Counted from the first letter of the stretch, positions 48,097 through 58,281 are shown. The stretch: DNA of 64,000 nucleotides from Gammaproteobacteria bacterium (GCA_015490755.1 WFXF01000002.1:8433-72432); one strand, 5' to 3'. Notes: generated from the letters alone by a model not told the origin. Translations and numbers: made by a program.

Positions 48097-49317
48097 TTAA
48101 ACCACTTCGCCCATTTTGAAAATAGGCAGGTACATGGCAACGACCAGGCCACCGATGACTACACCAAGAAAGGCCATAATGATCGGTTCCAGCAGGCTGC
48201 TTAGCCCATCAACAGCATCGTCAACCTCTTCTTCGTAAAAGCTGGCCACTTTACCCAGCATGGAATCCAGTGCTCCAGACTCTTCACCGATGGCTACCAT
48301 CTGTACAACCATATTGGGAAATAATCCACTTTGACGCATGGATTGATTCAGTGTTGTGCCCGTAGCAACTTCATCACGCATACGCAGTATTGAGTTTGTG
48401 TAGATAATATTACCTGCCGTACCGGCAACAGTGCCCATTGCTTCAACCAGCGGTACACCCGCTGCGAACATGGTTGAAAGCGTGCGTGCGTAACGTGCAA
48501 TGATCGCTTTTGTAATAATGTCACCGATGATCGGCGCTTTAAGAATCATCTGATCCATCACTCTGGCAACGCTATGGGAGCGTTTTTGAGCTTGAACCAA
48601 TGCAATAATAACAAGGGCAATTGAGCCAAATATAGCCCACCACCACTCTTGCAAGCCACGGGATAAAGTGACGACAAACTTTGTCATGGCGGGAAGTTCA
48701 CCACCAAAGTTAGTGAACATCGCTTCGAATTGAGGCACAACAAAAAGTAGTAATATTGCGGTTACAATAAAAGCAACCACCATAATAGCGATTGGGTAAA
48801 ACATCGCTTTTTTGATTTTTCCCTTAATGGCTTCTACTTTTTCTTTATAAAGTGCAATTTTATTTAATAGTGTTTCTAAAATACCGGCTTGTTCACCAGC
48901 GTGGACGAGATTGCAATATAGAGTATCAAAGTACTTTGGATGTTTGCGTAGCGCATCGGCCAGTGAGTTTCCCCCCTCGACATCGGCTTTTATAGCCATA
49001 ATCAGTTCTTGCATGCTTGGGTTTTCATGGCCACGACCAATAATTTCAAATGACTGCACTAAAGGTACACCTGAGCTCATCATGGTTGCCATTTGCCGAC
49101 TAAAAATAGCAATATCTTTAGCGGTGATTTTTTTCTTTGATGAACCGAATAGGGGGGCGGATTTTTTCTTGATTTTAATGGGGGTTATGCCCTGTCGTCG
49201 CAACGTAGCTTTGACCAGCGCAACACTTGTACTCTCCATTTCACCTTTGATACGGGACTTTTTTTTGTCGACCCCTTCCCAGATAAATATACTTTCCTTG
49301 GTTTCTTTTTTTGCCAT
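48097..49317 (-). CDS. pilC: type IV pilus inner-membrane platform protein PilC
   Basis: Two GspF/T2SSF repeats; 406 aa. Confidence 0.93.
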   Translation of the reverse strand: MAKKETKESIFIWEGVDKKKSRIKGEMESTSVALVKATLRRQGITPIKIKKKSAPLFGSSKKKITAKDIAIFSRQMATMMSSGVPLVQSFEIIGRGHENPSMQELIMAIKADVEGGNSLADALRKHPKYFDTLYCNLVHAGEQAGILETLLNKIALYKEKVEAIKGKIKKAMFYPIAIMVVAFIVTAILLLFVVPQFEAMFTNFGGELPAMTKFVVTLSRGLQEWWWAIFGSIALVIIALVQAQKRSHSVARVMDQMILKAPIIGDIITKAIIARYARTLSTMFAAGVPLVEAMGTVAGTAGNIIYTNSILRMRDEVATGTTLNQSMRQSGLFPNMVVQMVAIGEESGALDSMLGKVASFYEEEVDDAVDGLSSLLEPIIMAFLGVVIGGLVVAMYLPIFKMGEVV

Positions 49318-49319
49318 GA

Positions 49320-51038
49320 TTAACTCGTAATTACTCGGTTGATTTCATCCAGGGTTGTTAAACCTTGAAGCACTTTTTTAAGTCCGGACATTCTTAAATC
49401 GGCCACTCCCTCTTTTTTCGATAGTTCGGCGAGTTGCAGGGCGTTGCCACCTTCCATGATGAGTTTGCTCATTGTTTCTGAAACAGGCATGACCTGATAA
49501 ATTCCAACCCGCCCTTTATAGCCTTGGTGGCATTGATCACAACCCACGGCCCCATATATCGCTAACTCCTCTAGTGTACCCTCTTCGAAGCCTTCTTTTA
49601 AGAGTGCTTTTTTTGGAATATCAACCACTTGTTTGCAGTGAGGGCACAATCGCCTGGCCAGACGTTGAGCGATAATAAGAGAAACGGATGAAGCCACATT
49701 AAATGGGGCTACACCCATATTAAGTAAACGAGTGAGTGTTTGCGGTGCATCGTTGGTATGCAAGGTTGAGAGCACCATATGGCCGGTCTGTGCAGCTTTA
49801 ATAGCGATTTCCGCTGTTTCAAGGTCACGAATCTCACCCACCATAATAATGTCAGGATCTTGTCTTAAAAAAGATTTGAGGGCAGCTGAAAAGGTGAGTC
49901 CTACTTTGGGTCTTACATTGACCTGATTGATGCCGGGCAAATTGATTTCGGCAGGGTCTTCAGCCGTTGAAATGTTACGCTCTTCTGTATTAAGGATATT
50001 CAATCCTGTGTAGAGTGAAACTGTTTTACCGCTTCCCGTAGGGCCAGTGACCAGGATCATTCCGCTCGGTTTTTTCAGTGCATTGAGGTAGAGCGTTTTT
50101 TGGTCTTCTTCATAGCCCAGGGCATCAATACCTAGTTGAGCGCTACTGGGGTCAAGAATACGCATGACAATTTTTTCGCCAAACAGTGTCGGGCACGTGC
50201 TGACACGAAAATCGATGGCTCGATGTTTTGATAGAACCATACGCATTCTTCCATCTTGTGGAACACGCCGCTCTGAAACATCCAGCTGTGACATGACCTT
50301 GATGCGTGCGGCTATTTTTAGTGTCAGGCTGACAGGGGGGGCAGCGGCTTCAATGAGAATGCCATCGACCCTGTAACGAATTCGATAGAACTTTTCAAAG
50401 GGCTCAAAGTGCAGGTCGGAAGCATTTTTGTTGATCGCATCAAGCAAGATTTTATTGACAAAACGAACAATGGGAGTGTCATTGATCTCATTTTCACTTA
50501 AATCTTCATCGGACTCTTCATGGCTACTTGAGATGTCCAGGTCATCAAGCTCTTCATCATCAAGCCCGGCCATGGAGGTATCCATTGCCTCCAGCGTTTT
50601 TTGTATGGTTGTTCGTAGCTTGTCCTCTTCAACCAGTATGGCTTGAATATGGGCATCGGCGTGGAACTTTATTTCATCCAGGGCACCCAGGTTAAGAGGG
50701 TCAGAGACCGCTACAAACAGACGGTTTCCACGCTTGTATAACGGTAATAGATTGTGCTTGCGTATGAGCGTCTCTGACACCAGTTCGATGGGAGCCATCT
50801 CCATATCCATCGCTTCCAGGTCAAAGAACGGGATGCCAAACTCTCTGGAAGCCGCTGATGCAATTGTAAGGCTGTTAACTATTTTGTTTTCTACCAAATA
50901 GCTGATGAGTGGCAGTGTTGCTTCATCTGCTTTTTGTTGATGTTCAAGCGCACTTTCATGATCAAACACACCATCCATAACAAGGCAGCGGGATAAGCCG
51001 GTGAGTTGATCCGTTGTTGTGCTTTTTGTTTCGTCCAT
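49320..51038 (-). CDS. pilB: type IV pilus assembly ATPase PilB
   Basis: An N-terminal GSPII-like domain, Walker A (GPTGSGKT) and a tetra-Cys motif (CPHC…CDQC). Confidence 0.95.
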   Translation of the reverse strand: MDETKSTTTDQLTGLSRCLVMDGVFDHESALEHQQKADEATLPLISYLVENKIVNSLTIASAASREFGIPFFDLEAMDMEMAPIELVSETLIRKHNLLPLYKRGNRLFVAVSDPLNLGALDEIKFHADAHIQAILVEEDKLRTTIQKTLEAMDTSMAGLDDEELDDLDISSSHEESDEDLSENEINDTPIVRFVNKILLDAINKNASDLHFEPFEKFYRIRYRVDGILIEAAAPPVSLTLKIAARIKVMSQLDVSERRVPQDGRMRMVLSKHRAIDFRVSTCPTLFGEKIVMRILDPSSAQLGIDALGYEEDQKTLYLNALKKPSGMILVTGPTGSGKTVSLYTGLNILNTEERNISTAEDPAEINLPGINQVNVRPKVGLTFSAALKSFLRQDPDIIMVGEIRDLETAEIAIKAAQTGHMVLSTLHTNDAPQTLTRLLNMGVAPFNVASSVSLIIAQRLARRLCPHCKQVVDIPKKALLKEGFEEGTLEELAIYGAVGCDQCHQGYKGRVGIYQVMPVSETMSKLIMEGGNALQLAELSKKEGVADLRMSGLKKVLQGLTTLDEINRVITS

Positions 51039-51146
51039 TATGAAAGATGAGCTTTATAGAGTTTCTCACTTTTATCGGCTTATAGGGTGTTTGTTTTAAG
51101 ATGAAGGTATTTGATTGCCTGGTTTGTAGCGTGTAATCAAGGACAG

Positions 51147-51254
51147 TTTTTCGGTATTTTGAGGCGAATAGTTGTTCTATTTAACGAAAATTTACACCAA
51201 ATCTGCCTCAAAATGGCTTTCCCTCGCTACGACTTCCATTCTCGGACAGCCTCC
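51147..51254. repeat. second, partial copy of the MITE-like element (right half and TIR)
   Basis: …TTTACACCAAATCTGCC[T]CAAAATGGCTTTCCCTCGCTACGACTTCCATTCTCGGACAG[C]CTCC is almost identical to 32048-32100. The centre is inverted relative to copy 1. Confidence 0.65.
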
Positions 51255-51342
51255 TGGCGGGCGAAGCTCGGCAGGCAGTGTAAACGTCATCATAATCATA
51301 AAATAATCGGCAGGGACCTGTTTCTGAGACCGCCGCTCAACT

Positions 51343-52650
51343 TTATTTATGACACAGCTCTTCAATTTCGGCGACAGTTTTTGGTGCCGCTTGTGTAAGG
51401 ACTTCATTTCCATCATTCGTTACTAATATATTGTCTTCAATACGAATGCCGATATTCCACCACTTTTTTGCAACGTCTTTGTTGTTGGCTGCGATATAAA
51501 GCCCTGGTTCAATTGTTAAAACCATACCGGGCTCAAAAACTCGCCAATTTTTATCTCGCTTGTAATCACCGGCATCATGCACATCCATACCGAGCCAGTG
51601 GCCGGTACGATGCATGTAAAAAGGTTTGTAGGCCTTCTGCTTTATGAGTTCACGCGGCGCTCCTTTTAATAGACCCAGCTTAATGAGCCCTTTGGTGAGT
51701 TCCCGTATAGCGGCAGTATGTGGGGCATTCCAATGGTTTCCTGGCTTGACCTTTTTGATTGCAGCCAATTGCGCTTTGAGAACAACTTCATAAAGGGCAC
51801 GTTGTTCAGCATTAAAGCGGCCATTAATGGGGAAAGTGCGTGTTATATCTGCGGCGTAAAAGTCATACTCTACGCCAGCATCTATCAATAAAAGCTCTCC
51901 GTCATTTAGAGGCATACTGTTTTCTGTGTAGTGCAAAATACATGCGTTTTTACCTCCGGCGACAATGGAGGGGTAGGCTGCATCACGACAGCCCATGCGG
52001 TTAAATTCGTGTGTGATTTCAGCTTCGATCTCATACTCCATCATGCCGGGCTGACAACATTGCATGGCGCGCCGATGGGCGCTGGCTGAAATATCTGCGG
52101 CGGTACGCATGGCTTTAATTTCTGCGCGGCTTTTAAAGAGGCGCATTTCATGCAGTAAGGGTTCAATGCCAATGAAGTCGGTGGGAGCGCTGATACCTTG
52201 ACGTGCCATTGCGCGTACCTGTTTAACCCAGCCCATAAGCCTTTGGTCGAAATCCTGATTCTCTCCCAATGTGCAATAAATCTGTTGGCGATCTTTAAGG
52301 AGTTCAGGGAGGTGTTTGTCTATCTCCTTGATCGACAGTGCTTCATCGGCACCCCATTGATTTCGAGCACCTTCCAAACCCGCACGTTTACCGTTCCAGA
52401 TCTCTTTTTCTTTATCTCGTTCACGACAAAATAGAACAAATTGCCCCTGTTTACGCCCTGGAATGAGAGCAAGAATGGCTTCAGGTTCGGCAAAGCCGGT
52501 GAGGTAAGCAAAATTGCTGTTTGGGCGAAAAGGGTAATCAACATCACTGTTACGCTGTTGCTCTGGTGAGGTAGGCAAAATAGCAATATTGCCCACGCCG
52601 ATTTTTTTCATGAGCCGTTTCCGGCGCTGGAAAAACTCTTTTTTATCCAT
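51343..52650 (-). CDS. pepP: Xaa-Pro aminopeptidase
   Basis: An M24B fold with an N-terminal AMP_N domain and metal ligands (D, D, H, E, E). Confidence 0.93.
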   Translation of the reverse strand: MDKKEFFQRRKRLMKKIGVGNIAILPTSPEQQRNSDVDYPFRPNSNFAYLTGFAEPEAILALIPGRKQGQFVLFCRERDKEKEIWNGKRAGLEGARNQWGADEALSIKEIDKHLPELLKDRQQIYCTLGENQDFDQRLMGWVKQVRAMARQGISAPTDFIGIEPLLHEMRLFKSRAEIKAMRTAADISASAHRRAMQCCQPGMMEYEIEAEITHEFNRMGCRDAAYPSIVAGGKNACILHYTENSMPLNDGELLLIDAGVEYDFYAADITRTFPINGRFNAEQRALYEVVLKAQLAAIKKVKPGNHWNAPHTAAIRELTKGLIKLGLLKGAPRELIKQKAYKPFYMHRTGHWLGMDVHDAGDYKRDKNWRVFEPGMVLTIEPGLYIAANNKDVAKKWWNIGIRIEDNILVTNDGNEVLTQAAPKTVAEIEELCHK

Positions 52651-52656
52651 AATGGC

Positions 52657-53232
52657 TTAATGCATTTGTGGTGGTTTTTTGAAAGGTTGCAACTCTTCAT
52701 TGAGTAGCATCACAACCGTGCGTACATACTCTACGATTTCACTATAGGCGCTTTCATCTTCATCACTGCTATTTGCTGCATGGTGCAGTGCTTGCGATAT
52801 ATCAACAAGATCTTGAATTGCCTCGGCAACGTCGTGTTGTAGCTGGTTGAGTGGTTTGTTAATGCCTGTGCCGAGACCATAAAGGCAACCGCGACACCAG
52901 CTGGCGAGCATTTCAGTGCGAAAATTCAGCGAGGTGTCATCTTTAGGCAAGAGGGGGTAAAAGGTGCATTGGGTGTCGTTGAGTTGCTGGAATGTTACTT
53001 CATGTAGCTCTTTGAGTCTCTTTTGTGTTTCAGCAGAGAGACTGTTTTCATGCTGGCTGCTTTCACTGTCCCATAGCTGATTGATCCAGAGCAGATCACT
53101 AAAGTGGCCTTTGCTGCAAAGCAGACCGCATAAAACACCATGACATTCAGATGCGTCTATAATAATTTCCTGTTCATTCAATAGCTTATCGATTGAGTCG
53201 AAGTCAATAATCGTATGGTCTGCTTGTGTCAA
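52657..53232 (-). CDS. ygfB: UPF0149 family protein YgfB
   Basis: 191 aa, in the conserved position downstream of pepP. Confidence 0.85.
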   Translation of the reverse strand: MTQADHTIIDFDSIDKLLNEQEIIIDASECHGVLCGLLCSKGHFSDLLWINQLWDSESSQHENSLSAETQKRLKELHEVTFQQLNDTQCTFYPLLPKDDTSLNFRTEMLASWCRGCLYGLGTGINKPLNQLQHDVAEAIQDLVDISQALHHAANSSDEDESAYSEIVEYVRTVVMLLNEELQPFKKPPQMH

Positions 53233-53311
53233 TGGAGTCTGCCCTCAAACTTTGAAAAGGGGTATGCTATCATTCTATCTGCTTGGGGGCACTATAATCG
53301 GGTTTGAACGA

Positions 53312-53542
53312 ATGTTTGAAGAAAAAACAGATGATAGAATCGTGGCTGTTGCAAAACTGGAAAACAGTGTTAATGAGCTGTTGCTGGTTTGTCGGCAGCT
53401 TACGGAACAGAATAATGCACTTAAGAAAAAGCAGGCTGAATGGTCTGGGGAGCGTTCACGTCTTTTAGAAAAAAACGAGAAGGTACGCTCACGTTTGGAG
53501 TTGATGGTTTCACGCCTTAAGATGATGGAGGCTGAGTCATGA
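53312..53542 (+). CDS. coiled-coil protein (ZapB-like / TIGR02449 family), conserved upstream of zapA
   Basis: The ORF opens at 53252. The likely start is the ATG at 53312 (MFEEKTDDRIVAV…). It is an all-helical, heptad-rich 76-aa product, and its stop overlaps the zapA start. Confidence 0.6.
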   Translation: MFEEKTDDRIVAVAKLENSVNELLLVCRQLTEQNNALKKKQAEWSGERSRLLEKNEKVRSRLELMVSRLKMMEAES

Positions 53543-53862
53543 GTCAATATGATGAACCAGAGCCGGTTTCCATTAACATTTTTGGCAAAGAGTATCAGGT
53601 CGCTTGTGAAAAAGAGGATCAGCCTGCGCTTGTTGCCGCATCAACTCTTCTGGATAGCAGAATGCGGGAAATTCGCAGTGCAGGAAAGATATTAGGTACA
53701 GAGCGTGTGGCAGTGATGGCAGCACTCAATATTGCGCATGAATTAATAGAAAGTCAGCAAAACAAGCATCAAAACAGTGATGTAGCTTTTGATAAAATAA
53801 AAGCGTTGCAGGAGCAGGTAGAGGCTGCGCTTGCATTGAACAATAATCAACAAAAAAATTAA
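53539..53862 (+). CDS. zapA: cell division protein ZapA
   Basis: 107-aa ZapA fold (…INIFGKEYQVAC…). Followed by a 6S RNA candidate and ygfA, as in enterics and pseudomonads. Confidence 0.85.
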   Translation: MSQYDEPEPVSINIFGKEYQVACEKEDQPALVAASTLLDSRMREIRSAGKILGTERVAVMAALNIAHELIESQQNKHQNSDVAFDKIKALQEQVEAALALNNNQQKN

Positions 53863-53919
53863 GCTGTCAAAGCGAATGGTTCTGGGTTAAACTAAAAACC
53901 AAGGCATATTCTGCAACGT

Positions 53920-54100
53920 TTGCCAGCTTGTCTGAGATGGTCTTGGGCCTAATTATATCTCTCCGGGAACGCGTCCCCGATGCTGTTGTGCATGCCCGTT
54001 TTACGGGTCGCCTGATGCATCATATGTGTGCCCACTTGAACCCTTGGTTCAAGACTGATGACAGCAGCGGCGCTTGTGGATATGCCGCTCTTTTTGGTTC
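53920..54100 (+). ncRNA. ssrS: 6S RNA (SsrS); ends are approximate
   Basis: Lies between zapA and ygfA. It contains UCUGAGAUG near the 5' end, and ACAUGUGUGCCCACUUGAACCCUUGGUUCAAGACUGAUGACAGCAGCGGCGC resembling the E. coli 6S 3' half (…CACCUUGAACCAAGGGUUCAAGGGUUACAGCCUGCGGCGGC…). A hairpin (AGCGGC…GCCGCU, 54066-54089) is followed by TTTTT. Confidence 0.6.
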
Positions 54101-54120
54101 TTGATCGTTTCTAAGGGTGA

Positions 54121-54732
54121 ATGTCCCATTCAAAAAAGCAGTTACGCCGGCAGATACGCGATGCTCGTCGTGCATTGAGTGACTCTGATCGTTGTGAGGC
54201 AGCCGCTCGTGCTGCTCAATTACTGTTGAAAAGCAGGTTATTTCAGCGTTCACGTCATATTGCACTCTATCTGCCCAGTGATGGTGAGTTAGATTCTACA
54301 CCACTGTTACATGCTATCTGGCGCTCAAATAAACTGAGCTATTTGCCCATGGTACAGCCACCTTACTCTGGCCGCCTCCGATTTGCTTCTTACAATGCTA
54401 AAAGCCGTATGGTAAATAACAGGTATGGTATTCCTGAGCCCTCTGTTTCTGCTTGCACTATTGTGCCAGCCTGGGCTTTGGATCTGGTTCTGTTGCCTTT
54501 GGTTGCCTTTGATGAAAAGGGGTATCGATTAGGTATGGGCGGTGGTTATTATGATCGCACTTTCAATTTTTTATCTTATCGTCAATATTGGCGAAAGCCC
54601 TGTTTGATCGGGTTGGCTTATGACTTTCAAAAAATTGAGGCTGTACCGCGTGAACCCTGGGATATTCCATTGTCTGGAATTGTGACAGAAAACAGGTTGT
54701 ATCCGTCAGAATTACTTGCCAATGGTGCTTAA
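54121..54732 (+). CDS. ygfA: 5-formyltetrahydrofolate cyclo-ligase
   Basis: 203-aa MTHFS family (…GMGGGYYDR…). Downstream of 6S RNA as in E. coli. Confidence 0.88.
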   Translation: MSHSKKQLRRQIRDARRALSDSDRCEAAARAAQLLLKSRLFQRSRHIALYLPSDGELDSTPLLHAIWRSNKLSYLPMVQPPYSGRLRFASYNAKSRMVNNRYGIPEPSVSACTIVPAWALDLVLLPLVAFDEKGYRLGMGGGYYDRTFNFLSYRQYWRKPCLIGLAYDFQKIEAVPREPWDIPLSGIVTENRLYPSELLANGA

Positions 54733-55596
54733 TAGTTGATCAATCATCTGCTCTGCTTGTGGTAGGTAGCCTGAGCCAAATAAGTTTAGGTGGTTCAGAA
54801 TGTGATAAAGGTTATAAACTATTTTGCGGGTATGGTAGTCATCATTGAGTGGGCAGGCTTTGTTATAGGCTTTATAAAATCGGGGTGAAAAACCACCAAA
54901 AAGCTCTGTCATGGCCAGATCTGTTTCAGGGTCGCCATAATAGACGGCCGGGTCAAAAATAACAGGTTGACCCTGCTCATCAAACCCATAATTTCCTGAC
55001 CATAAATCGCCATGCAAAATAGTCGGTGATGGTGTGTAGTTGTCAAAAAACTGCTCAATGTGAATAAGTAACAGCTCACCTCGGTTTTGTAAATTTCCTT
55101 TGTAACCATGTCTGGCTGCCAGTTCCAGCTGATAGCCCAGACGGTTTTTTTGCCAAAACTGACACCACGTTGCCTGCTGGCTGTTTATTTGTGGGGTGGA
55201 GCCAATGGTGTTGTTTTGAAGCCAGCCATAATAAGGTGCTTTTGTGTTATGCAGTGCTGCCAGTTGTTGTCCAAGAAGCTCAGGATCTCCATGTTGGTTG
55301 AAATGAATGTATTCAAGCACTAAAAAGGCATGTTTGTCCGCCTGACCACAGCAGATGGGGCGTGGAGCACGAATTGTTTGGCTGTTGATGATTTCGTTCA
55401 GACCGTTCATTTCCGCTCTGAACATGGATAACTTTGATGCACAATTCAATTTGACAAAGTATTTTTGGCTCAATTTACTCTCTAGGAGATAAGAGGTGTT
55501 GATGCAGCCACCCTTGATGGGGCTTTGCTGGTGAGAGATAAATGTTTGCTCTGTTGCCGTAGAAATTTCTTTTGCAATGATTTGCCATAGAGGCAT
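54712..55596 (-). CDS. fructosamine/ketosamine-3-kinase family protein
   Basis: 294-aa kinase-like fold of the YniA type (…HGDLWSGN…). Confidence 0.85.
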   Translation of the reverse strand: MPLWQIIAKEISTATEQTFISHQQSPIKGGCINTSYLLESKLSQKYFVKLNCASKLSMFRAEMNGLNEIINSQTIRAPRPICCGQADKHAFLVLEYIHFNQHGDPELLGQQLAALHNTKAPYYGWLQNNTIGSTPQINSQQATWCQFWQKNRLGYQLELAARHGYKGNLQNRGELLLIHIEQFFDNYTPSPTILHGDLWSGNYGFDEQGQPVIFDPAVYYGDPETDLAMTELFGGFSPRFYKAYNKACPLNDDYHTRKIVYNLYHILNHLNLFGSGYLPQAEQMIDQLLSTIGK

Positions 55597-55679
55597 TATT
55601 TTTTCCTGAAAGCATAATCGGGTATGAACAGATTCTATCGTACCCGATTATGTATACAAGTTTGGGAACGTGCTTTTAG

Positions 55680-56831
55680 TTATGCTTCGACTGTATGGCG
55701 TTCATTGATAATAACATCCGCTTTTTGCTGGATCGCGTTTAACAGTGCATCAAATGAGTCAGAAAAAGATTTAACACCTTCATTCTCTAGATGATCTGTG
55801 ATCATATCCAGGTCGATATCCAGAGCTTTTAGTGCATCAACATTGCTCTTGGCGAGATCCAGATCGGTCTCTAGTGTAGCCTGGGGGTTTCCATGGTCTT
55901 TATATGCCTCAAATGTTGCAGGTGGAATTGTGTTGACAGTATTGGCACCGATTAGTGTATCGACATACAGTACGTCACTATACGTTGGGTTTTTGGTTCC
56001 AGTGCTTGCCCAAAGCAGACGTTGCATCTGGCCACCACACTCCAGTAGATCTTTACAGCGCCGACTGCTGGAGATTTTTTTGAAGTGTTGGTAAGAGAGT
56101 TTGGCATTGCTGATTGCAATTTTACCTTTGAGTGATTGCAATTGGTTTTTTGTATGGCTATCAGCTGTTTCCATTTTTTGATCCAGCTGTTTGTCAACCA
56201 TTGCATCAACACGACTGATAAAGAAGCTGGCGACAGAGCTAATATTATCAATGGGTTGGCCACGGCGTAAGCGCGCTTCAAGGCCTAACAGATAAGCCTC
56301 AAGAACTTCCTGGTAGCGCTTGTTGGAAAATAGCAGCGTTGCATTGATGCTGACTCCTTCCGCAGTCAAAGTTTCAATTGCACTCAAACCTTCCCAGGTT
56401 GCGGGAACTTTGATCATTAAATTAGGGCGATTGACTCGTTTAACCAGTTGTAGTGCTTCTGAAACAGTCTGGTCTGCGTTATAGGCCAGATCTGGAGATA
56501 CTTCCAGGCTGACCATGCCATCAATACCATGGCTCTTGTTGTAAATTGGGTGTAATAAATCAGCTGCTTTTTGAATATCAGTGATTGCGAGAGAGAAAAA
56601 CAGATCTCGACTGTTTTGTTCTGGATACTCTTCCAGGAGCTGTTTTATTTGATCATCGTAATTGTGACTGTTGCTGATTGCATTTTGGAAGATTGTTGGG
56701 TTGGAGGTAATGCCTCTTACGCCGTCTTCTTGAATCATGCGCTCTAATTCACCTGATGTAAGCATTTTACGATGAATGTTGTCATACCATGGGCTTTGTC
56801 CAAAATCATGTAAACGGCGCAGTGGGTTCAT
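55680..56831 (-). CDS. tal: transaldolase (long, roughly 380-aa type)
   Basis: An N-terminal …SPWYDNI… and TSNPTIFQ; the active-site Lys lies in the TIM barrel. Confidence 0.9.
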   Translation of the reverse strand: MNPLRRLHDFGQSPWYDNIHRKMLTSGELERMIQEDGVRGITSNPTIFQNAISNSHNYDDQIKQLLEEYPEQNSRDLFFSLAITDIQKAADLLHPIYNKSHGIDGMVSLEVSPDLAYNADQTVSEALQLVKRVNRPNLMIKVPATWEGLSAIETLTAEGVSINATLLFSNKRYQEVLEAYLLGLEARLRRGQPIDNISSVASFFISRVDAMVDKQLDQKMETADSHTKNQLQSLKGKIAISNAKLSYQHFKKISSSRRCKDLLECGGQMQRLLWASTGTKNPTYSDVLYVDTLIGANTVNTIPPATFEAYKDHGNPQATLETDLDLAKSNVDALKALDIDLDMITDHLENEGVKSFSDSFDALLNAIQQKADVIINERHTVEA

Positions 56832-57036
56832 ATTAGTTATCTCCTGATGTCACATTTTTAATATTGGTATTATTTGTTAAATAAGGCTATTATTAGAGTC
56901 AGTACTAGCCATACTTATAAGTTGTCGGCACTCTGGCATAAATTCGATAGGCTCAATTGAAATTTTGTTGTGTCTGTAGTGCATCGGGAAATAGAGCAAG
57001 GATAAAATGTGCAGAGCTAATCTTTGGGGGAAATAA

Positions 57037-57516
57037 ATGATGAAAAGAGGTTTTACGTCATCACGTATTGCTCTGTTTATCGTCGGAATGTTTATTTCGC
57101 TTTATAGTTATGCGGATGAAAATAAAAATAAACTGCTTTTTCAACACGAATCAAAACAGATCATTTGTAAAACGCCTGAAGAGGTAAAGCGCCTCTGTGC
57201 CGAATCACTTCAGCTACGCCGCTTAACGCCTCTTAAAGCGCCAGAAAAGTTGCTATTTCCGGACTATTCGTCAAACTTGCAAAATCCGTTGTCGCTGGTT
57301 CATAAGCATGCAGGAAGCCCTGTCTTTCGTTTAAATATGCAAGATGAACGCCCCGTTATTGGTATGGGTTTGATTAATCAAGAGATCTTAAGAATCAGTT
57401 TCTTGCTGGGAACGGATCTGGATATTGAGCAGGCGACTGCTGAAGAGTTGATGCAATCGTTGACTGAATTCGAATTGAAGCCAAATATTGGTGTGGGTTT
57501 TGAGAGTTATTGGTAG
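57037..57516 (+). CDS. hypothetical secreted protein
   Basis: 159 aa with an N-terminal signal peptide (IALFIVGMFISLYSYA) and no recognisable family. Confidence 0.5.
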   Translation: MMKRGFTSSRIALFIVGMFISLYSYADENKNKLLFQHESKQIICKTPEEVKRLCAESLQLRRLTPLKAPEKLLFPDYSSNLQNPLSLVHKHAGSPVFRLNMQDERPVIGMGLINQEILRISFLLGTDLDIEQATAEELMQSLTEFELKPNIGVGFESYW

Positions 57517-57580
57517 CGCTCTAACCAATACTTGATTAATTTTGTGAACTTTTAAAAATAGTGCGTGTCTTTAATAACAG

Positions 57581-57628
57581 AGTATGCACAGATACTCTCC
57601 CGCTTTTACCTCTCCCTCCAAAGCGGGA
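57581..57628. terminator. two adjacent hairpins between convergent genes (candidate bidirectional terminator)
   Basis: AGAGTAT-gcacag-ATACTCT (57581-57600) and CCCGCTTT-N13-AAAGCGGG (57599-57628), between the 57037-57516 gene and engB. Confidence 0.45.
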
Positions 57629-57645
57629 AATTTGAAACTTCCCGG

Positions 57646-58281
57646 TTATCTCCCAGTAGCCGGGGTTTCTTTTGTCTCAGATATATCCATCCATTCATTT
57701 AACTTGCTATAGGCATCTTCAATCCCTGTTTTTTTTAGCGATGAAAAAAGTTGTACGGAAACAGAAATTTCGCGTGTCTGTTGCTTTAAATTTTTTTTTG
57801 CCTGGCTAAGTGTTGCCCGGGCTTCATTTTTACTGAGTTTATCTGTTTTTGTCAGTAATATATGTGCAGGCATTTTGGCATATTCACACCAGTCAAGCAT
57901 CTGCATGTCGAAGGGTGTGAATGGACGACGTGAATCCATAATAACAATCAGCCCCTTCAGAGCCTGGCGGTCATTCAGGTACGATGAAATCAGTTGCTGC
58001 CAGTGCTGTTTTACTCGGTCGGGTACTTTGGCAAATCCGTAACCAGGCAAATCAACCAGTCTGTGCTCTGAATCTATTTCAAAAAAGTTGATCAGCTGGG
58101 TTCTTCCCGGTGTTTTACTGATTCGTGCAAGGCCACGCCGGTAAGTTAGCGTATTAATGGCGCTGGATTTGCCAACATTGGAGCGCCCGGCAAAAGCGAC
58201 CTCTCTTCCCGTATCAACGGGTAATTGGGAGGATTTGTTGGCGCTGGTTGTATATTGAGCTTGATTGTAGAAAGCACGCAT
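57646..58281 (-). CDS. engB: ribosome biogenesis GTP-binding protein YihA/EngB
   Basis: A G1 motif (GRSNVGKSSAIN) and G4 (TKTD). Confidence 0.92.
   Translation of the reverse strand: MRAFYNQAQYTTSANKSSQLPVDTGREVAFAGRSNVGKSSAINTLTYRRGLARISKTPGRTQLINFFEIDSEHRLVDLPGYGFAKVPDRVKQHWQQLISSYLNDRQALKGLIVIMDSRRPFTPFDMQMLDWCEYAKMPAHILLTKTDKLSKNEARATLSQAKKNLKQQTREISVSVQLFSSLKKTGIEDAYSKLNEWMDISETKETPATGR

Noticed and set aside
51111-51416. Two overlapping ORFs (95 aa on plus, 74 aa on minus) between pilB and pepP
   Set aside because: They lie inside the MITE-like repeat copy. Their reading frames are created by the palindromic repeat sequence, and they partly overlap the pepP 3' end.
53252-53311. Upstream extension (20 codons, MKRGMLSFYLLGGTIIGFER) of the coiled-coil gene before zapA
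   Set aside because: The extension is hydrophobic and overlaps the divergent ygfB promoter region. The internal ATG at 53312 gives the conserved roughly 75-aa coiled-coil protein, so the shorter start is preferred.
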